The notes beneath the pieces were generated by a model. That model saw only the letters and a program-made list of their open reading frames with translations, was not told where the DNA came from and made no database searches. Below are positions 47,920-58,777 of a DNA stretch of 64,000 bases, one piece after another. Made by a program: the position numbers and the translations under genes. Each line of letters begins with the position of its first letter. Position 1 is the first letter of the stretch. Source of the DNA: Cyanophyceae cyanobacterium. GTDB lineage: Bacteria > Cyanobacteriota > Cyanobacteriia > Cyanobacteriales > JBHJGN01. The stretch is taken from assembly GCA_050331735.1 (NCBI GenBank), contig JBHJGN010000018.1, positions 9,021 through 73,020 on the forward strand, written 5' to 3'.

Positions 47920-49071
47920 ATGTGTGCTCTAGATATTATTAATGCTCGCTTACCGCACTATGAAGGTTTGCAACAAATTAAGATTAACGATCAGGGAATC
48001 ATTGAGACTATCAAGCCATTTAATCCGGCATCTGGAGCGGAAATAGCTGCGTTAGACGTATCAGGAGACTGGCTTTCTTTGGGAGGCATCGATCTACAAA
48101 TTAACGGAGGTTTAGGATTAGCGTTTCCAGATTTAGAAGAACGTCATCTGCCGATGCTGGCCAAAATCTGCGAGTTCCTGTGGCAGCAGGGAGTTGATGG
48201 ATTTTTACCAACGATTGTAACCACGGCGGCTGATAAAATTCGGCGCTCTCTGTCTACGCTGGCTCAGTTCATGGCAGCTCAAACATCGGGAGCCAAAGTC
48301 TTGGGGGTTCATCTAGAAGGACCATTTCTCAATCCTCAAAAGCGAGGAGCGCATCCAGAAAAATCTTTGTTACCCTTAACAATTGATAACCTCAAGCGGG
48401 TGTTAGGAGGGTATGCTCAGATTGTCAAAGTCATTACTTTGGCACCCGAACTAGACCCGACCGGAGACGCCATTACTTATCTCCGTGCTCTCGGAATGAC
48501 TGTTAGTCTTGGTCACTCTTTAGCGACCGCCCAAGAAGCAAAACAAGCTTTTGCTCAGGGAGCATCAATGGTTACCCATGCGTTTAACGCCATGCCTCCC
48601 CTGCATCATCGCCAGCCGGGATTACTGGGAGAGGCCATTGTTAGCAATGACGTTTATTGTGGCTTAATTGCTGACGGTCAGCACGTTCACCCAACGATGC
48701 TCACTTTATTACTGCGGGCTAGTCACTATAGTAACGGTATTTTCCTCGTCAGTGACGCTCTTGCTCCCATCGGATTAGCTGACGGTTTTTACCCCTGGGA
48801 CGAGCGGCAAATTGAGGTCAGGAACGGGACCGCAAGGCTAGCAGACGGAACTCTAGCAGGAACAACTCTCCCGCTATTAACTGGAGTCGAAAACTTGGTG
48901 CGGTGGGGATGTGGGGTGGGAGAAGCGATCGCTCTAGCAACCGAATCGCCGAGAAAGGCGATCGGTCTTCCCGGTCTTTCTCCCGGACAGCTAGCCAAAT
49001 TTCTGCGCTGGCATTGGGATGAGGAAAAAACAAAGCTAATTTGGCGGCGATGGAGCTCTAATACAAGTTAG
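47920..49071 (+). CDS. nagA: N-acetylglucosamine-6-phosphate deacetylase
   Basis: IDLQING, GVHLEGPFL..KRGAH, TLAPE, SLGHS, THAFNAM, IADGQHV, LVSDA, LAGT. Confidence 0.95.
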   Translation: MCALDIINARLPHYEGLQQIKINDQGIIETIKPFNPASGAEIAALDVSGDWLSLGGIDLQINGGLGLAFPDLEERHLPMLAKICEFLWQQGVDGFLPTIVTTAADKIRRSLSTLAQFMAAQTSGAKVLGVHLEGPFLNPQKRGAHPEKSLLPLTIDNLKRVLGGYAQIVKVITLAPELDPTGDAITYLRALGMTVSLGHSLATAQEAKQAFAQGASMVTHAFNAMPPLHHRQPGLLGEAIVSNDVYCGLIADGQHVHPTMLTLLLRASHYSNGIFLVSDALAPIGLADGFYPWDERQIEVRNGTARLADGTLAGTTLPLLTGVENLVRWGCGVGEAIALATESPRKAIGLPGLSPGQLAKFLRWHWDEEKTKLIWRRWSSNTS

Positions 49072-49158
49072 GGGGCTGCTGGCTGCTAGAATGTTGCTAA
49101 GTTTTAAAGATGCTTTTATAGTAATAGCAAAGAATTAAAGGAGTAAGCACACATTGAT

Positions 49159-49188
49159 TTCTAATGATTTCCTTCTAATGATTTCCTT
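49159..49188. repeat. Tandem 14-bp direct repeat TTCTAATGATTTCC (two copies)
   Basis: Read directly in the AT-rich region upstream of the EPS cluster. Confidence 0.6.
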
Positions 49189-49708
49189 GGTTTTTTTAAG
49201 CTACCAACTCAAGCCAGGTTGCTTTCTAAATTGTTACAAGGATAGTCGTTTTTCATAGACATAAAAGAATTTCTATTCTTTTTACTTTTGTCCAGTAAAC
49301 TAGTGCTCTCCCTTTAAAACTGTAAACATTCTTTACGATTTTAGGAGATTATGTAAAAGATTCAATGTAAACGCTCTAAATAAAAGTGCTTTTAACGATA
49401 AAAGCACAAGTTTGTAGGGAATTTCTGTTGTACAAAAAGTTAGCTACAGCCTCAAGCTTTTACTTTATGAAAAGCAAAGATTTGATCTATTTTCGAAGTC
49501 AAAAAAGAATTGAAAGGTGTAAAAAAACAGTATTCATGATTTTAAACAAGCTCTATGTAAGCTTGCCTTTCTAAAGATGTCGTCGAAATATAAAAAAAAT
49601 TCTTTTGTTTTTAAGTTTATCAAGATACAAACTGCATTTTTTTGGAAAATTCAATTCTAGAAAGATGTTAGCAAGTTAGGTATCTAGTACTAGTAATAGG
49701 GAGGGCAA

Positions 49709-51091
49709 ATGAAAAGAAGGTTGGGATTGGTTGAACAGGGTTTTACCACTATCGCATTAGTATTGTTCACCGATGGACCACTAAGAGTTCTCCTGACTGG
49801 AGGTGCAAGCCAAGGGGATGGAAGTGAATCATTAGGCAGTAGTTCGCTGATTCAGCTAGTATTTTTGGTTATTTACACAGCAGTATGTTGCTTACTAATA
49901 AGAAGATGGAAGCAGAGCGTTAATTTACTGCTCCAAGAAAAGTTTATTTTGCTGCTCATAGGTTTGGCTGTCGCTTCCGTTGCTTGGTCCTATGCTCCTG
50001 CCATAACTGTGCGCCGTACTGTCGCTCTTGTTGGCACCACATTGTTTGGTCTCTATTTTGCAACGCGCTACAGTATCAAGCAGCAACTAAAGTTATTGGG
50101 ATGGGCACTTGGCATTGCTACAATACTCAGTTTTTTGTTTATTTTATTTCTCCCTAAATATGGAATAATGGGTGGACCAATTCATCCAGGAATTTGGCGA
50201 GGAATTTATACTCATAAAAATAATCTTGGGAAAGTGATGGTGATAGGCGTCATTGTCTTTTTGATTCTCTCAACAAATTTTTCAAAGCATCGCTTTGTTC
50301 TCTGGTGTGGATTTAGCTTTTCAACCCTTCTCCTAATCTTCTCAACTTCAAAAACTAGCTTAATTATTGGCATCTTATTCTTACTGTTTTTCTGTCTGTA
50401 CTATGCCGTACAGCGTCGCTACGGTATTACGCTTCCGCTAGTCGCCGCTCTGATACTTGTGAGTGGAGCTTTCTCTGCCCAGGTAGCAGCTAAAATATAC
50501 CTGCCCATTGTTCTATCGGAGACAGGTTCAGCTATTGTCGAAAATCTTCCGGTATTATCAAAGAATGAAAATACAGTCAGTAGTCAGCCTCGTCAAGAAG
50601 AGCAGTCGCCACAGAAAGCTACGCTCGAGAATATTCAAACATTGACGGGAAGAACTAAATTATGGCCGCTGGTGCTGAACAGCATTAAAAGACGTCCATG
50701 GCTAGGATACGGATACAGCGGGTTCTGGCAAGTTACACAAGAAGGAAAAGAAATTTCTCAGGCGGTTGGTAGCTGGGCATCCCATGCTCACAACGGTCTC
50801 TTAAATGTTTGGCTCGATCTAGGAATTGTAGGAGTTCTAATATTTCTAGCGAGTTTTACTCTTACCTGTGTCAGGATTCTCAACCAGTTAGCTAAAAAAG
50901 TAACGTTAGAAAATGTTTGGGCCCTATCTTATCTAGCATATATGGTGCTCGCCAATTTAACTCAGACCACTCTACTAGAGCGAAACAACATATTTTGGCT
51001 TCTATACGTGGCGGTGGTATTCTCTGTGCTTCTCAAGGAGAATGACCAGCAATCGCCTCGTATGAATTCATATGCATTCAGTGAAAGTTAG
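49709..51091 (+). CDS. O-antigen ligase/polymerase (Wzy_C) family protein, paralog 1
   Basis: WRGIYTHKNNLG, STSKTS, TLTGRTKLW, RPWLGYGY, HAHNG..WLDLG. Confidence 0.9.
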   Translation: MKRRLGLVEQGFTTIALVLFTDGPLRVLLTGGASQGDGSESLGSSSLIQLVFLVIYTAVCCLLIRRWKQSVNLLLQEKFILLLIGLAVASVAWSYAPAITVRRTVALVGTTLFGLYFATRYSIKQQLKLLGWALGIATILSFLFILFLPKYGIMGGPIHPGIWRGIYTHKNNLGKVMVIGVIVFLILSTNFSKHRFVLWCGFSFSTLLLIFSTSKTSLIIGILFLLFFCLYYAVQRRYGITLPLVAALILVSGAFSAQVAAKIYLPIVLSETGSAIVENLPVLSKNENTVSSQPRQEEQSPQKATLENIQTLTGRTKLWPLVLNSIKRRPWLGYGYSGFWQVTQEGKEISQAVGSWASHAHNGLLNVWLDLGIVGVLIFLASFTLTCVRILNQLAKKVTLENVWALSYLAYMVLANLTQTTLLERNNIFWLLYVAVVFSVLLKENDQQSPRMNSYAFSES

Positions 51092-52193
51092 TCTTAGTAC
51101 CAAGCAGTGCTCACCCATTAACAATCTCGCTGAGTTAGGTAAAACAGAAATGCCAGAAGAGCAAAAACAAGATCGCGCTATAGCTCAATATCTCAAGCTA
51201 CTTTTTCGCTCGCTCAAAACCTCACCGACAATTACGGGAATGAGAACGGCGTATGAACGAGTTACTCAATCTCCAAACATTAATATAATCAACGCGCAGA
51301 GGACAAAAACAGCACCATCTCTTGAAGAAGCAATTAGCGCCTTTTCGATGAGATGGCCGGAGGTTGAAAGTCACTTTACTTCTAATCCCGTTTTTATTTT
51401 TTCGGCTGGCTGGAGAGCCGGTTCTACTCTCTTGCAGAGACTAGTAAGTTCTTCAGAAAAAATCGTTATTTGGGGAGAACCCTATGGTCATTCGGGTCTA
51501 ATTGAACACTTATCAAGCCCAATGAGAGTGTTTACTTACCGCTATCCTCGCTCCGACTCGTTTATAGGTGAGGCAGGCGGGAACAAATTGGCTAATCTAG
51601 CGGAAACCTGGATTGCTAACCTCAATCCAGATGCTAAGTATTTTCTGGAGGCTCAAGCAACCTACTTGATTAATCTGTTCGAGAAACCCGCACAAAGTTA
51701 CGGCGCCTTAAGGTGGGGAATTAAAGAGGTTCGCTTAACCATTGATCACGCAATTTACCTCAACTGGCTGTTTCCCAACTCAAAGTTTCTTTTTTTGTAT
51801 AGAAATCCCTATCGGGCCTATAGCTCGTATCGAGAATTTGGTAAGTTTAACGTCTGGCCCTACGATTATTGGTACAATACTTGGCCCGACGACCCTATTG
51901 ATACACCTAGCCGCTTTGGCCAACATTGGAAAACCCTACTGGAGGGATATCTGTCTGGTTATCAGAAAGTAAGCAGCATGGTGGTGAAATATGAAGATTT
52001 AAGTAGAGGAGAATTAGATTTTAAGGCTTTAGAAGAGTTTTTAGAGATTAAGCTAGATAAAAGTATTCTACAAAATAGGGTTAAAGGAGCGCCCAAAAGG
52101 AAATCTGATGCTTCCTCGATCCAGCTAGAAGAACTTAAAAGTGCAGTGGAGCCTCTAGCAAGTCAGCTTGGGTACGAATACCCAACCGCGTAG
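51072..52193 (+). CDS. Sulfotransferase (start may be ATG 51150)
   Basis: 5'-PSB-like 'PVFIFSAGWRAGSTLLQR', WGIKE, 3'-PB-like 'FLYRNPY.AYSS', VKYEDL. Confidence 0.85.
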   Translation: MHSVKVSLSTKQCSPINNLAELGKTEMPEEQKQDRAIAQYLKLLFRSLKTSPTITGMRTAYERVTQSPNINIINAQRTKTAPSLEEAISAFSMRWPEVESHFTSNPVFIFSAGWRAGSTLLQRLVSSSEKIVIWGEPYGHSGLIEHLSSPMRVFTYRYPRSDSFIGEAGGNKLANLAETWIANLNPDAKYFLEAQATYLINLFEKPAQSYGALRWGIKEVRLTIDHAIYLNWLFPNSKFLFLYRNPYRAYSSYREFGKFNVWPYDYWYNTWPDDPIDTPSRFGQHWKTLLEGYLSGYQKVSSMVVKYEDLSRGELDFKALEEFLEIKLDKSILQNRVKGAPKRKSDASSIQLEELKSAVEPLASQLGYEYPTA

Positions 52194-52288
52194 AAGTAAG
52201 TTTAGCTGAAATTTAATGTCAGAAGCTGACTGAAAGAGCTTTGAGCTAGATAATTCTAGAAACTATTAGTTTTTTAGGAATTTAATTG

Positions 52289-53344
52289 ATGCGTATCGTA
52301 GCACAACCAGCTTTTAAAGAGCGGTACAAGAATCCGTATACGTGGCTACTTCATACTCACCTTGAATCTTTAGGGGGTAATGTCGATGAGTTTTCCCCCG
52401 TCAAACTGTTAGAGAGGAACTATGATATTTGGCATCGTCACTGGCCAGAAAGAGTTTTGAACGAAACCAACCCTGCTGTGGCAATCGCCAAGGTTTTGAG
52501 CTTGATGCTTCTCACTAAGTTTGCTAGAGGACGGGGAACAAAGGTAGTGTGGACCATTCACAATCTGGCTGCACACGAGCAGCTCTATCCCCGTTTAGAA
52601 GACTGGTTTTGGAAAAATTTTCTTGGCCAGCTCGATGGATACATCAGCCTCAGCAAGACTGCTATGATAACAGCCCAGCAGTACTTTCCTGAGCTAAAAA
52701 AACTTCCGGGATGTGTCATTCCTCACGGGCATTATCGAGGAGAGTATCCAGATGAAGTAAGCCCTCATGAAGCGCGAGCCAAACTAGGACTGTCGCCTTC
52801 TGCCAAGGTAATACTTGCATTCGGTCAGATTAGACCTTACAAAAATTTTCCCAAACTCATCACCGCTTTTCGACAGCTTGCCGACCCAGAAGCTGTTCTC
52901 TGTATTGCTGGTCGTCCTCGCTCTGCTGCCATAGCAGAAGAAATTAAAGCAGCGGCGGCTTTAGACCCGCAGGTGCAGCTTCATCTGGATTACATTTTTG
53001 AAGACAATGTACAGACGTACTTCCGCGCATCCGACTTGGTAGTATTGCCATACCGTGAGATCCTTAATTCTGGTAGTGCTCTGCTGGCCCTCTCATTCGA
53101 TCGACCTATCTTGGTTCCACTAAAAGGATCTCTGAGCGAACTTCAAGAAGAAGTAGGAGTAGAGTGGGTGCATACCTACGAAGGAGAAATCGCTCGCGCA
53201 CACATTGAAAAAGCTTTAGAATGGGCTTTAAACACACAGCGACCCGAGAAGGCTCCCCTAATGGCTTATGAATGGCAGATAATTTCTCAACAAACACTCA
53301 GTGCCTATGAGCATATTGTCGCTATTTCGGCAGGAAAAATGTAA
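52289..53344 (+). CDS. GT4 glycosyltransferase
   Basis: NPY, HWPE, WTIHN, IPHGHY, FGQIRPYKN, DLVVLPY...SGSALLALSF. Confidence 0.88.
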   Translation: MRIVAQPAFKERYKNPYTWLLHTHLESLGGNVDEFSPVKLLERNYDIWHRHWPERVLNETNPAVAIAKVLSLMLLTKFARGRGTKVVWTIHNLAAHEQLYPRLEDWFWKNFLGQLDGYISLSKTAMITAQQYFPELKKLPGCVIPHGHYRGEYPDEVSPHEARAKLGLSPSAKVILAFGQIRPYKNFPKLITAFRQLADPEAVLCIAGRPRSAAIAEEIKAAAALDPQVQLHLDYIFEDNVQTYFRASDLVVLPYREILNSGSALLALSFDRPILVPLKGSLSELQEEVGVEWVHTYEGEIARAHIEKALEWALNTQRPEKAPLMAYEWQIISQQTLSAYEHIVAISAGKM

Positions 53345-53654
53345 GTCCTGTTGAAAAGTGATCGTTAATCTGTCCACAGTTGTGCTTGATGGACCATAAT
53401 CTTGCTAAACATTGATCAAAAGACTGTGTTTAAGCCTGAGAAGCAGCACCGCCTGCCTTGAAGTTTGGTTCTGCTAGAGAATTATTAAAAAAACCGTTGA
53501 ACCTGAAGGAAATTGCACACTTGATAGAAAGTGAGCCAAAAATGCAGATCTATATTAGAGATCTTTATCTCGAGGAAGAAACTATGGGAATAAGGCAACG
53601 CTTCCATCTTTATATGATGCTTCAAGAGTTTCTCCTTCAACTTCGTTTTTTTTA

Positions 53655-54968
53655 ATGAGCAAAAATCTGAATCGGAAACAGGTAGATTCTTTAAGAAAAC
53701 GGCTTGCCAGAAATGCTTTAGGGTCATTTGGGCTCAAGATTACTTTTGTTGGTTTGGCATTCGTCACCAGCGTTGTCTTAGCTCGCTTGTTTGGCCCTGA
53801 AGGGTACGGAGTCTATTCCTATGCGATCGCTTGGCTGTTCGTTCTGCAAATTCCCGCAGAATTAGGCATGAGAGCGCTCCTGGTCCGCGAGGTCGCGTCT
53901 TACCAAGCTCGGTCAGAGTGGGGTCTAATGCGTGGTATCTTGCGCTGGGCAAATCGAGCGGTTTTGATCGTCTCGGTCGGTATCGCTCTCCTGGCGGCGA
54001 TCGCGGCTCGGCTGTTGCAAGCAGAGGCTAATTTACAGCTCAATGTTTTTTTGTTAGCCTTGATTGCGCTTCCTTTGCTAGCCCTTAAGTCTTTGCGGCA
54101 GTCAACGCTACAGGGGCTACATCGCGTTGTTGTCGGTCAGTTACCAGAAAACTTAATCCAGCCCAGCTTGTTTATCATCTTCCTCGGTTGTGCCTATGTG
54201 CTTCTGGGAGAAAGACTAAGCGTTTCTTGGGCCATGGGTATTCGAGTATTTACAATTGGCGCTGCGTTTGCAGTCGGGGCCGAGTTTCTACGTAGGACTT
54301 TGCCTCAAGCAGTCCAGCAAGCCTCTGTAGAATATAACACCGAGGCTTGGATGCGCAGCGTCATTCCTTTTATGCTGATTAGCTGCATGAACGTCATCAA
54401 TAATAGAACAGACGCTATTATGCTAGGAGCCATCAGAGGTCCTGAGACCGTAGGACTTTATGTTGTTGCTGCTCGGGGAGCCGAGCTAATTTCGTTTATT
54501 TTAGTAGCCGTAAATCAGGCAATAGAGCCTACTATAGCTAAACTGTACTCAGAAGGCAATCATAGAAAACTGCAACGGCTCATTACCAAAAGTTCTCGGA
54601 TTATCTTTTTTACCTCTCTGCCCATTGCCTTGGCCTTCATTCTCTTTGGTCACTGGTTTTTGTTCATTTTCGGTCCAGAATTTGCTCAAGGACGCGCAGC
54701 CCTTGCTTTCCTAGGCTTTGGTCAGCTAGTTAATTCCGCTACAGGTTCGGTGGGGAAACTACTCAATATGACAGGTCACGAGCGCGATACTGCTGTAGGA
54801 ATTGGAGCGAGTGCAGTATTAAATATTATTCTTAATGCCGTGCTGATTCCTCGATTTGGACTAGAAGGTGCCGCCTGTGCAACAGCAATTAGCACCATCG
54901 CTTGGAATATTTTACTGTTTAGTTTTGTCAAAAAAAGGCTAGGAATTAATACAACAGTAATTGGTTAA
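53655..54968 (+). CDS. Wzx-type flippase (MOP superfamily)
   Basis: LARLFGPEGYGVY, DAIMLG...VGLY..A, FGPEF, LIPRFGLEGAA. Confidence 0.9.
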   Translation: MSKNLNRKQVDSLRKRLARNALGSFGLKITFVGLAFVTSVVLARLFGPEGYGVYSYAIAWLFVLQIPAELGMRALLVREVASYQARSEWGLMRGILRWANRAVLIVSVGIALLAAIAARLLQAEANLQLNVFLLALIALPLLALKSLRQSTLQGLHRVVVGQLPENLIQPSLFIIFLGCAYVLLGERLSVSWAMGIRVFTIGAAFAVGAEFLRRTLPQAVQQASVEYNTEAWMRSVIPFMLISCMNVINNRTDAIMLGAIRGPETVGLYVVAARGAELISFILVAVNQAIEPTIAKLYSEGNHRKLQRLITKSSRIIFFTSLPIALAFILFGHWFLFIFGPEFAQGRAALAFLGFGQLVNSATGSVGKLLNMTGHERDTAVGIGASAVLNIILNAVLIPRFGLEGAACATAISTIAWNILLFSFVKKRLGINTTVIG

Positions 54969-55054
54969 GCTGAATATTTTTAGTGAGGGACTGCTCCTGG
55001 TCTTAATAAAATAAGTAATATTCCTAATGTCATCTACAAAATTAGTGATTACTG

Positions 55055-56011
55055 ATGAATCTGCCAAATTTTCTGATTATTGGGGCTCAAAAATCTGGAA
55101 CGTCTGCACTTAATTACTATCTAAGCAAGCACCCGCAGGTGTATATGAGTCCGCTCAAAGAGCCAGGTTTTTTTCGGTTTGAGGGAGAACAAATAGACTT
55201 TTGTGGTCCAGGTGACAAAAAATACTATCGCGGACGACCGACGAGTATTGAAGCCTATAAAAAGTTATTTCAGGGAGTCTCCGACCAAGTTGCCGTTGGC
55301 GAAGCAAGTACTTGGTATCTACCCAGTACCAAAGTGCCTCAGCGGATATATTCCTACATTCCCCATGTCAAGCTCATTGCTATTCTTCGTAACCCGATTG
55401 ATAGAGCTTATTCAGCTTACGTACACGCTAGAAGAGAGGCCCGCGAGCCGCTCGATAGTTTTGTAAAGGCGCTCCACCAGGAAAATAACCGGATTCAGAG
55501 TAATTGGGGTTACCTTTGGCGCTACAGACAGATGGGACTGTACGGCGATCAGCTAGAGCGATACTATCAACAGTTTGACCGCAGTCAAATCCGAGTTTAT
55601 CTCTACGAAGATCTTAATTACCGTCCCCTTGAGCTTCTCAGGGATCTATTTTTATTTCTTAAGATAGATGAATCATTTACTCCAGATCTGACGATTCGTC
55701 GCAATGTTTCTGGAATGCCAAAAAGTAGAGCTCTACACGTTTTTCTATCTCAAAAGAACCCGGTCAAGAATTTGTTAAAACCATTGTTGCCAACTCAGTT
55801 TAGGGAACGGCTGGTGAGCAAGCTGACGATACGCAATCTCAAAAAAAAGGAACCACTACCGATAGAAACAAGGCAGGAAGTCGCCGAAATCTTTAAAGCA
55901 GATATTATTAAACTTCAAAACATACTCCAGCGCGATCTGTCTCACTGGCTGGATATGTCACCGTCCCAGTACAATCAGTCAACTATTCTTGGCGATGAAA
56001 AAGCTTCTTAA
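55055..56011 (+). CDS. Sulfotransferase
   Basis: PNFLIIGAQKSGTS (5'-PSB), KEPGFF, GEAST.YL, ILRNPIDRAYS (3'-PB). Confidence 0.93.
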   Translation: MNLPNFLIIGAQKSGTSALNYYLSKHPQVYMSPLKEPGFFRFEGEQIDFCGPGDKKYYRGRPTSIEAYKKLFQGVSDQVAVGEASTWYLPSTKVPQRIYSYIPHVKLIAILRNPIDRAYSAYVHARREAREPLDSFVKALHQENNRIQSNWGYLWRYRQMGLYGDQLERYYQQFDRSQIRVYLYEDLNYRPLELLRDLFLFLKIDESFTPDLTIRRNVSGMPKSRALHVFLSQKNPVKNLLKPLLPTQFRERLVSKLTIRNLKKKEPLPIETRQEVAEIFKADIIKLQNILQRDLSHWLDMSPSQYNQSTILGDEKAS

Positions 56012-57371
56012 ATTCTCAGAACAAGGATTTACCGTTATTTCCTTATTACTTTTCTCAGGAGGGCCGCTATCCGTCCTTCTCAAGGGCGGTGATAGTCCAG
56101 GAGATGGCAGAGAAGCGCCTTCAAGTTTTCTCTCAATCCAGATCGTTTTTTTGCTGCTATACGTTGTCACTGCTGTTTTACTGTCTAAACGCTGGAAGCA
56201 AATTCTGAATCTACTCGTTAAAGAAAAATATGTTGCGCTTCTAGTTGGGCTGGCAGTTGTTTCTGTTCTGTGGTCCTCTTCACCCAGCTTTACCTTACGC
56301 CGCAGCATCGCTTTAGCTGGAACTACTTTCTTTGGCCTCTATTTTGCCACTCGCTATAGATTGAGGAAGCAGCTACACCTGCTCGGTTGGACTTTCGGTA
56401 TTGCTATTGTTCTAAGCTTTTTATTCGCTCTCTTCCTGCCCGAATATGGTATTATGGGAGGCTCTTTCCACGCAGGAACTTGGCGGGGAATCTACTCACA
56501 CAAAAATGGTCTTGGCCGAGTAATGGTTCTGAGTGCATCTGTATTTCTACTTTTGGCGACTGACGCCAAAAATCGTTTTCTGCTCTGGTGTGGCCTCAGC
56601 TTATCTCTTGTTCTTTTGGTTTTATCTACGTCAAAAGGTGCTTTGGCGAGCGGCATTGTTGTTCTAGCGACCCTTGCTTTACACTGGATCTTACGAAGAC
56701 GCTACGCTGCTGCTATTACCTCTGCGATTGCTGCTGCCATGGTTAGTGCTTGTCTGGTGATACAAGTATCAGCTAACGTGTATATACCGTTAATCATCAA
56801 TAGTGCTGTTGCCGATTTGCAAAACGCTAGTTCGATAACATCGCCACTTTCAGCTCCGCCAGACACTGGTGCTTCGGAAGTCAAGCCAGCTTCGGGCGAA
56901 GAAATAGCGCCTCTCCAAAAGCGACCCCGTAGAGTAACCGCCGAAAACCTAACGACACTCACCGGACGAACAAAACTATGGCCTCGCGTTTTGGATATAA
57001 CAAAAGAACGTCCGTGGCTCGGCTACGGCTATAATGGGTTTTGGAAGGTTACGGAAGAATCTAGAGAGCTTCAAGCGAACGTCGGCGAATTTGCAAAAAA
57101 TAGCCACAACGGATTGCTGGAGCTCTGGCTCGATCTAGGTTTAGTAGGAGTGGCAATATTTATATGCAGCTTTGTCAGCTTCCTGGGAAGGTGGGTAAAA
57201 AATGCAAGAGCAATGCAGTCGCCAATAGCTCTCTGGCCTTTAACGTACTCTTTGTCTTTGGTACTCATCAACTTAACAGCTAGCGATTTACTGGAAAGAA
57301 ACAATATATTTTGGTTACTTTATGTTGGGGTGGTTTTCTCCGGCTCTTTTCTGCAAAAACAACTTGAGTAA
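55995..57371 (+). CDS. O-antigen ligase/polymerase (Wzy_C) family protein, paralog 2
   Basis: WRGIYSHKNGLG, TLTGRTKLW, RPWLGYGY, SHNG..WLDLG; colinear with 49709-51091. Confidence 0.9.
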   Translation: MKKLLKFSEQGFTVISLLLFSGGPLSVLLKGGDSPGDGREAPSSFLSIQIVFLLLYVVTAVLLSKRWKQILNLLVKEKYVALLVGLAVVSVLWSSSPSFTLRRSIALAGTTFFGLYFATRYRLRKQLHLLGWTFGIAIVLSFLFALFLPEYGIMGGSFHAGTWRGIYSHKNGLGRVMVLSASVFLLLATDAKNRFLLWCGLSLSLVLLVLSTSKGALASGIVVLATLALHWILRRRYAAAITSAIAAAMVSACLVIQVSANVYIPLIINSAVADLQNASSITSPLSAPPDTGASEVKPASGEEIAPLQKRPRRVTAENLTTLTGRTKLWPRVLDITKERPWLGYGYNGFWKVTEESRELQANVGEFAKNSHNGLLELWLDLGLVGVAIFICSFVSFLGRWVKNARAMQSPIALWPLTYSLSLVLINLTASDLLERNNIFWLLYVGVVFSGSFLQKQLE

Positions 57372-57681
57372 AAGATATCAAGATAAAAAAAATTAATTTG
57401 ACTAGATAAAAAATACTTAAAGCTGTTTTTCAGAATGATCAGAGCCATCGAACGATGGCTTGGAGCGTTCATTATTTAAACCAGGGTAAACGCATCTAAT
57501 TTTGGAATGCTTTCTGGACAAGGGGTTATGCCTCTAGGTATTTTTGCTGGTTAATTTTGAAACCCTTTTCAAATAAAGCTTTTAGGATCTTTGTGCGTTT
57601 GCCCTGCATTATTTCAACAATCATGTTTTTCATGTACAAAAACGTAATTTATTTACTGACTATAGCTTGACAAACTTGACA

Positions 57682-58605
57682 ATGAATGTAGCAGTTTGCG
57701 CAATTACCTATCAACGCCCTGAAGGATTGAGGCGATTGCTAGGAGGATTAAATCAGTTAACTTTTAAAAAAATCAAGGCTCCTAAGATAGAAGTCATTGT
57801 CATTGATAACGATGCAGGCGGTTCAGCATATTCTATCTGTGAAAGCATGAAGCCGGATTTTAGGTGGTCAATTAGATGCTTTGACGAGCCGCGTCGCGGT
57901 ATTCCCTTTGCTCGCAACAAGGCGATCGCCTCTAGAGGCAAAGCAGACTTTATTGCATTTATTGATGATGACGAAGTTCCCGATCCGCATTGGTTAGAGG
58001 AACTACTGATTGTTCAACAGACAAAAAAAGCAGACGTAGTAGCTGGACCAGTCCTGCCCTACTTTAAAGACCAAAGTGTGCCGAGCTGGATGGCAAAATT
58101 TTTTGAACGGAAACGCCACTCGACAGGAGAAGTTCTTGAGTTTGCGTTTACTAATAATGTGTTAATTCGCTCAAAGATTTTCCAGCAGATAGAGAATAGG
58201 TTTGACGAACGCTTCGCGCTGACTGGTGGTAGCGATAAGCAGTTCTTTATCCGCGTCCATCGTCTTGGATACACAATCATTTGGGCCGATCAAGCTGTGG
58301 TGCATGAATGGATTCCGCAAAGCCGCACCAACATTAAGTGGATTCTGCAACGGGGCTATCGTCTTGGAAATACAGACGGCCTTTGTGCCATTGACCAGGC
58401 TGATGCCAGTATTGTTCAAATACTAGCAAGAATCGTCTGGCGCTTTGTCAAAATGATTCTTGCTATCCTCTTTATTCCGGTATCAATTGTTTTAGGACGA
58501 TATATTTTTCTGAAGAATCTCCGGTCTGTCTGCCGCAGTGCAGGAATCATTGCTGGTTTAGCCAATCAACCTTACCAAGAGTATCGCGTTACTCACAGAA
58601 TGTAG
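57682..58605 (+). CDS. GT2 glycosyltransferase (ExoM-like)
   Basis: VCAITYQRP, VIDND, GIPFARN, FIDDDE, FALTGGSD. Confidence 0.9.
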   Translation: MNVAVCAITYQRPEGLRRLLGGLNQLTFKKIKAPKIEVIVIDNDAGGSAYSICESMKPDFRWSIRCFDEPRRGIPFARNKAIASRGKADFIAFIDDDEVPDPHWLEELLIVQQTKKADVVAGPVLPYFKDQSVPSWMAKFFERKRHSTGEVLEFAFTNNVLIRSKIFQQIENRFDERFALTGGSDKQFFIRVHRLGYTIIWADQAVVHEWIPQSRTNIKWILQRGYRLGNTDGLCAIDQADASIVQILARIVWRFVKMILAILFIPVSIVLGRYIFLKNLRSVCRSAGIIAGLANQPYQEYRVTHRM

Positions 58606-58777
58606 TCAAGCGCCGAAAGTTGGATAAAATACTTACTGAATCAGTTCGTAAACGCAACCATTACTAAAGAAGGAAACATTATTATCAGCTTTGGTTAGAG
58701 CAACTGTTTGGCGAACCTGCTCCAGAATCTGATTCAATTGACAGACGTAGATGTGTAGTCAGTAAGGAACATTTAGA

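Noticed and set aside
53345..53654. Possible decayed gene between GT4 and wzx (65-aa ORF; VLDGP fragment)
   Set aside because: Similarity to methyltransferases is too faint to support without a search
57372..57666. Possible gene remnant between the second Wzy-like gene and GT2
   Set aside because: A fairly long frame broken by one stop, but no identifiable motif
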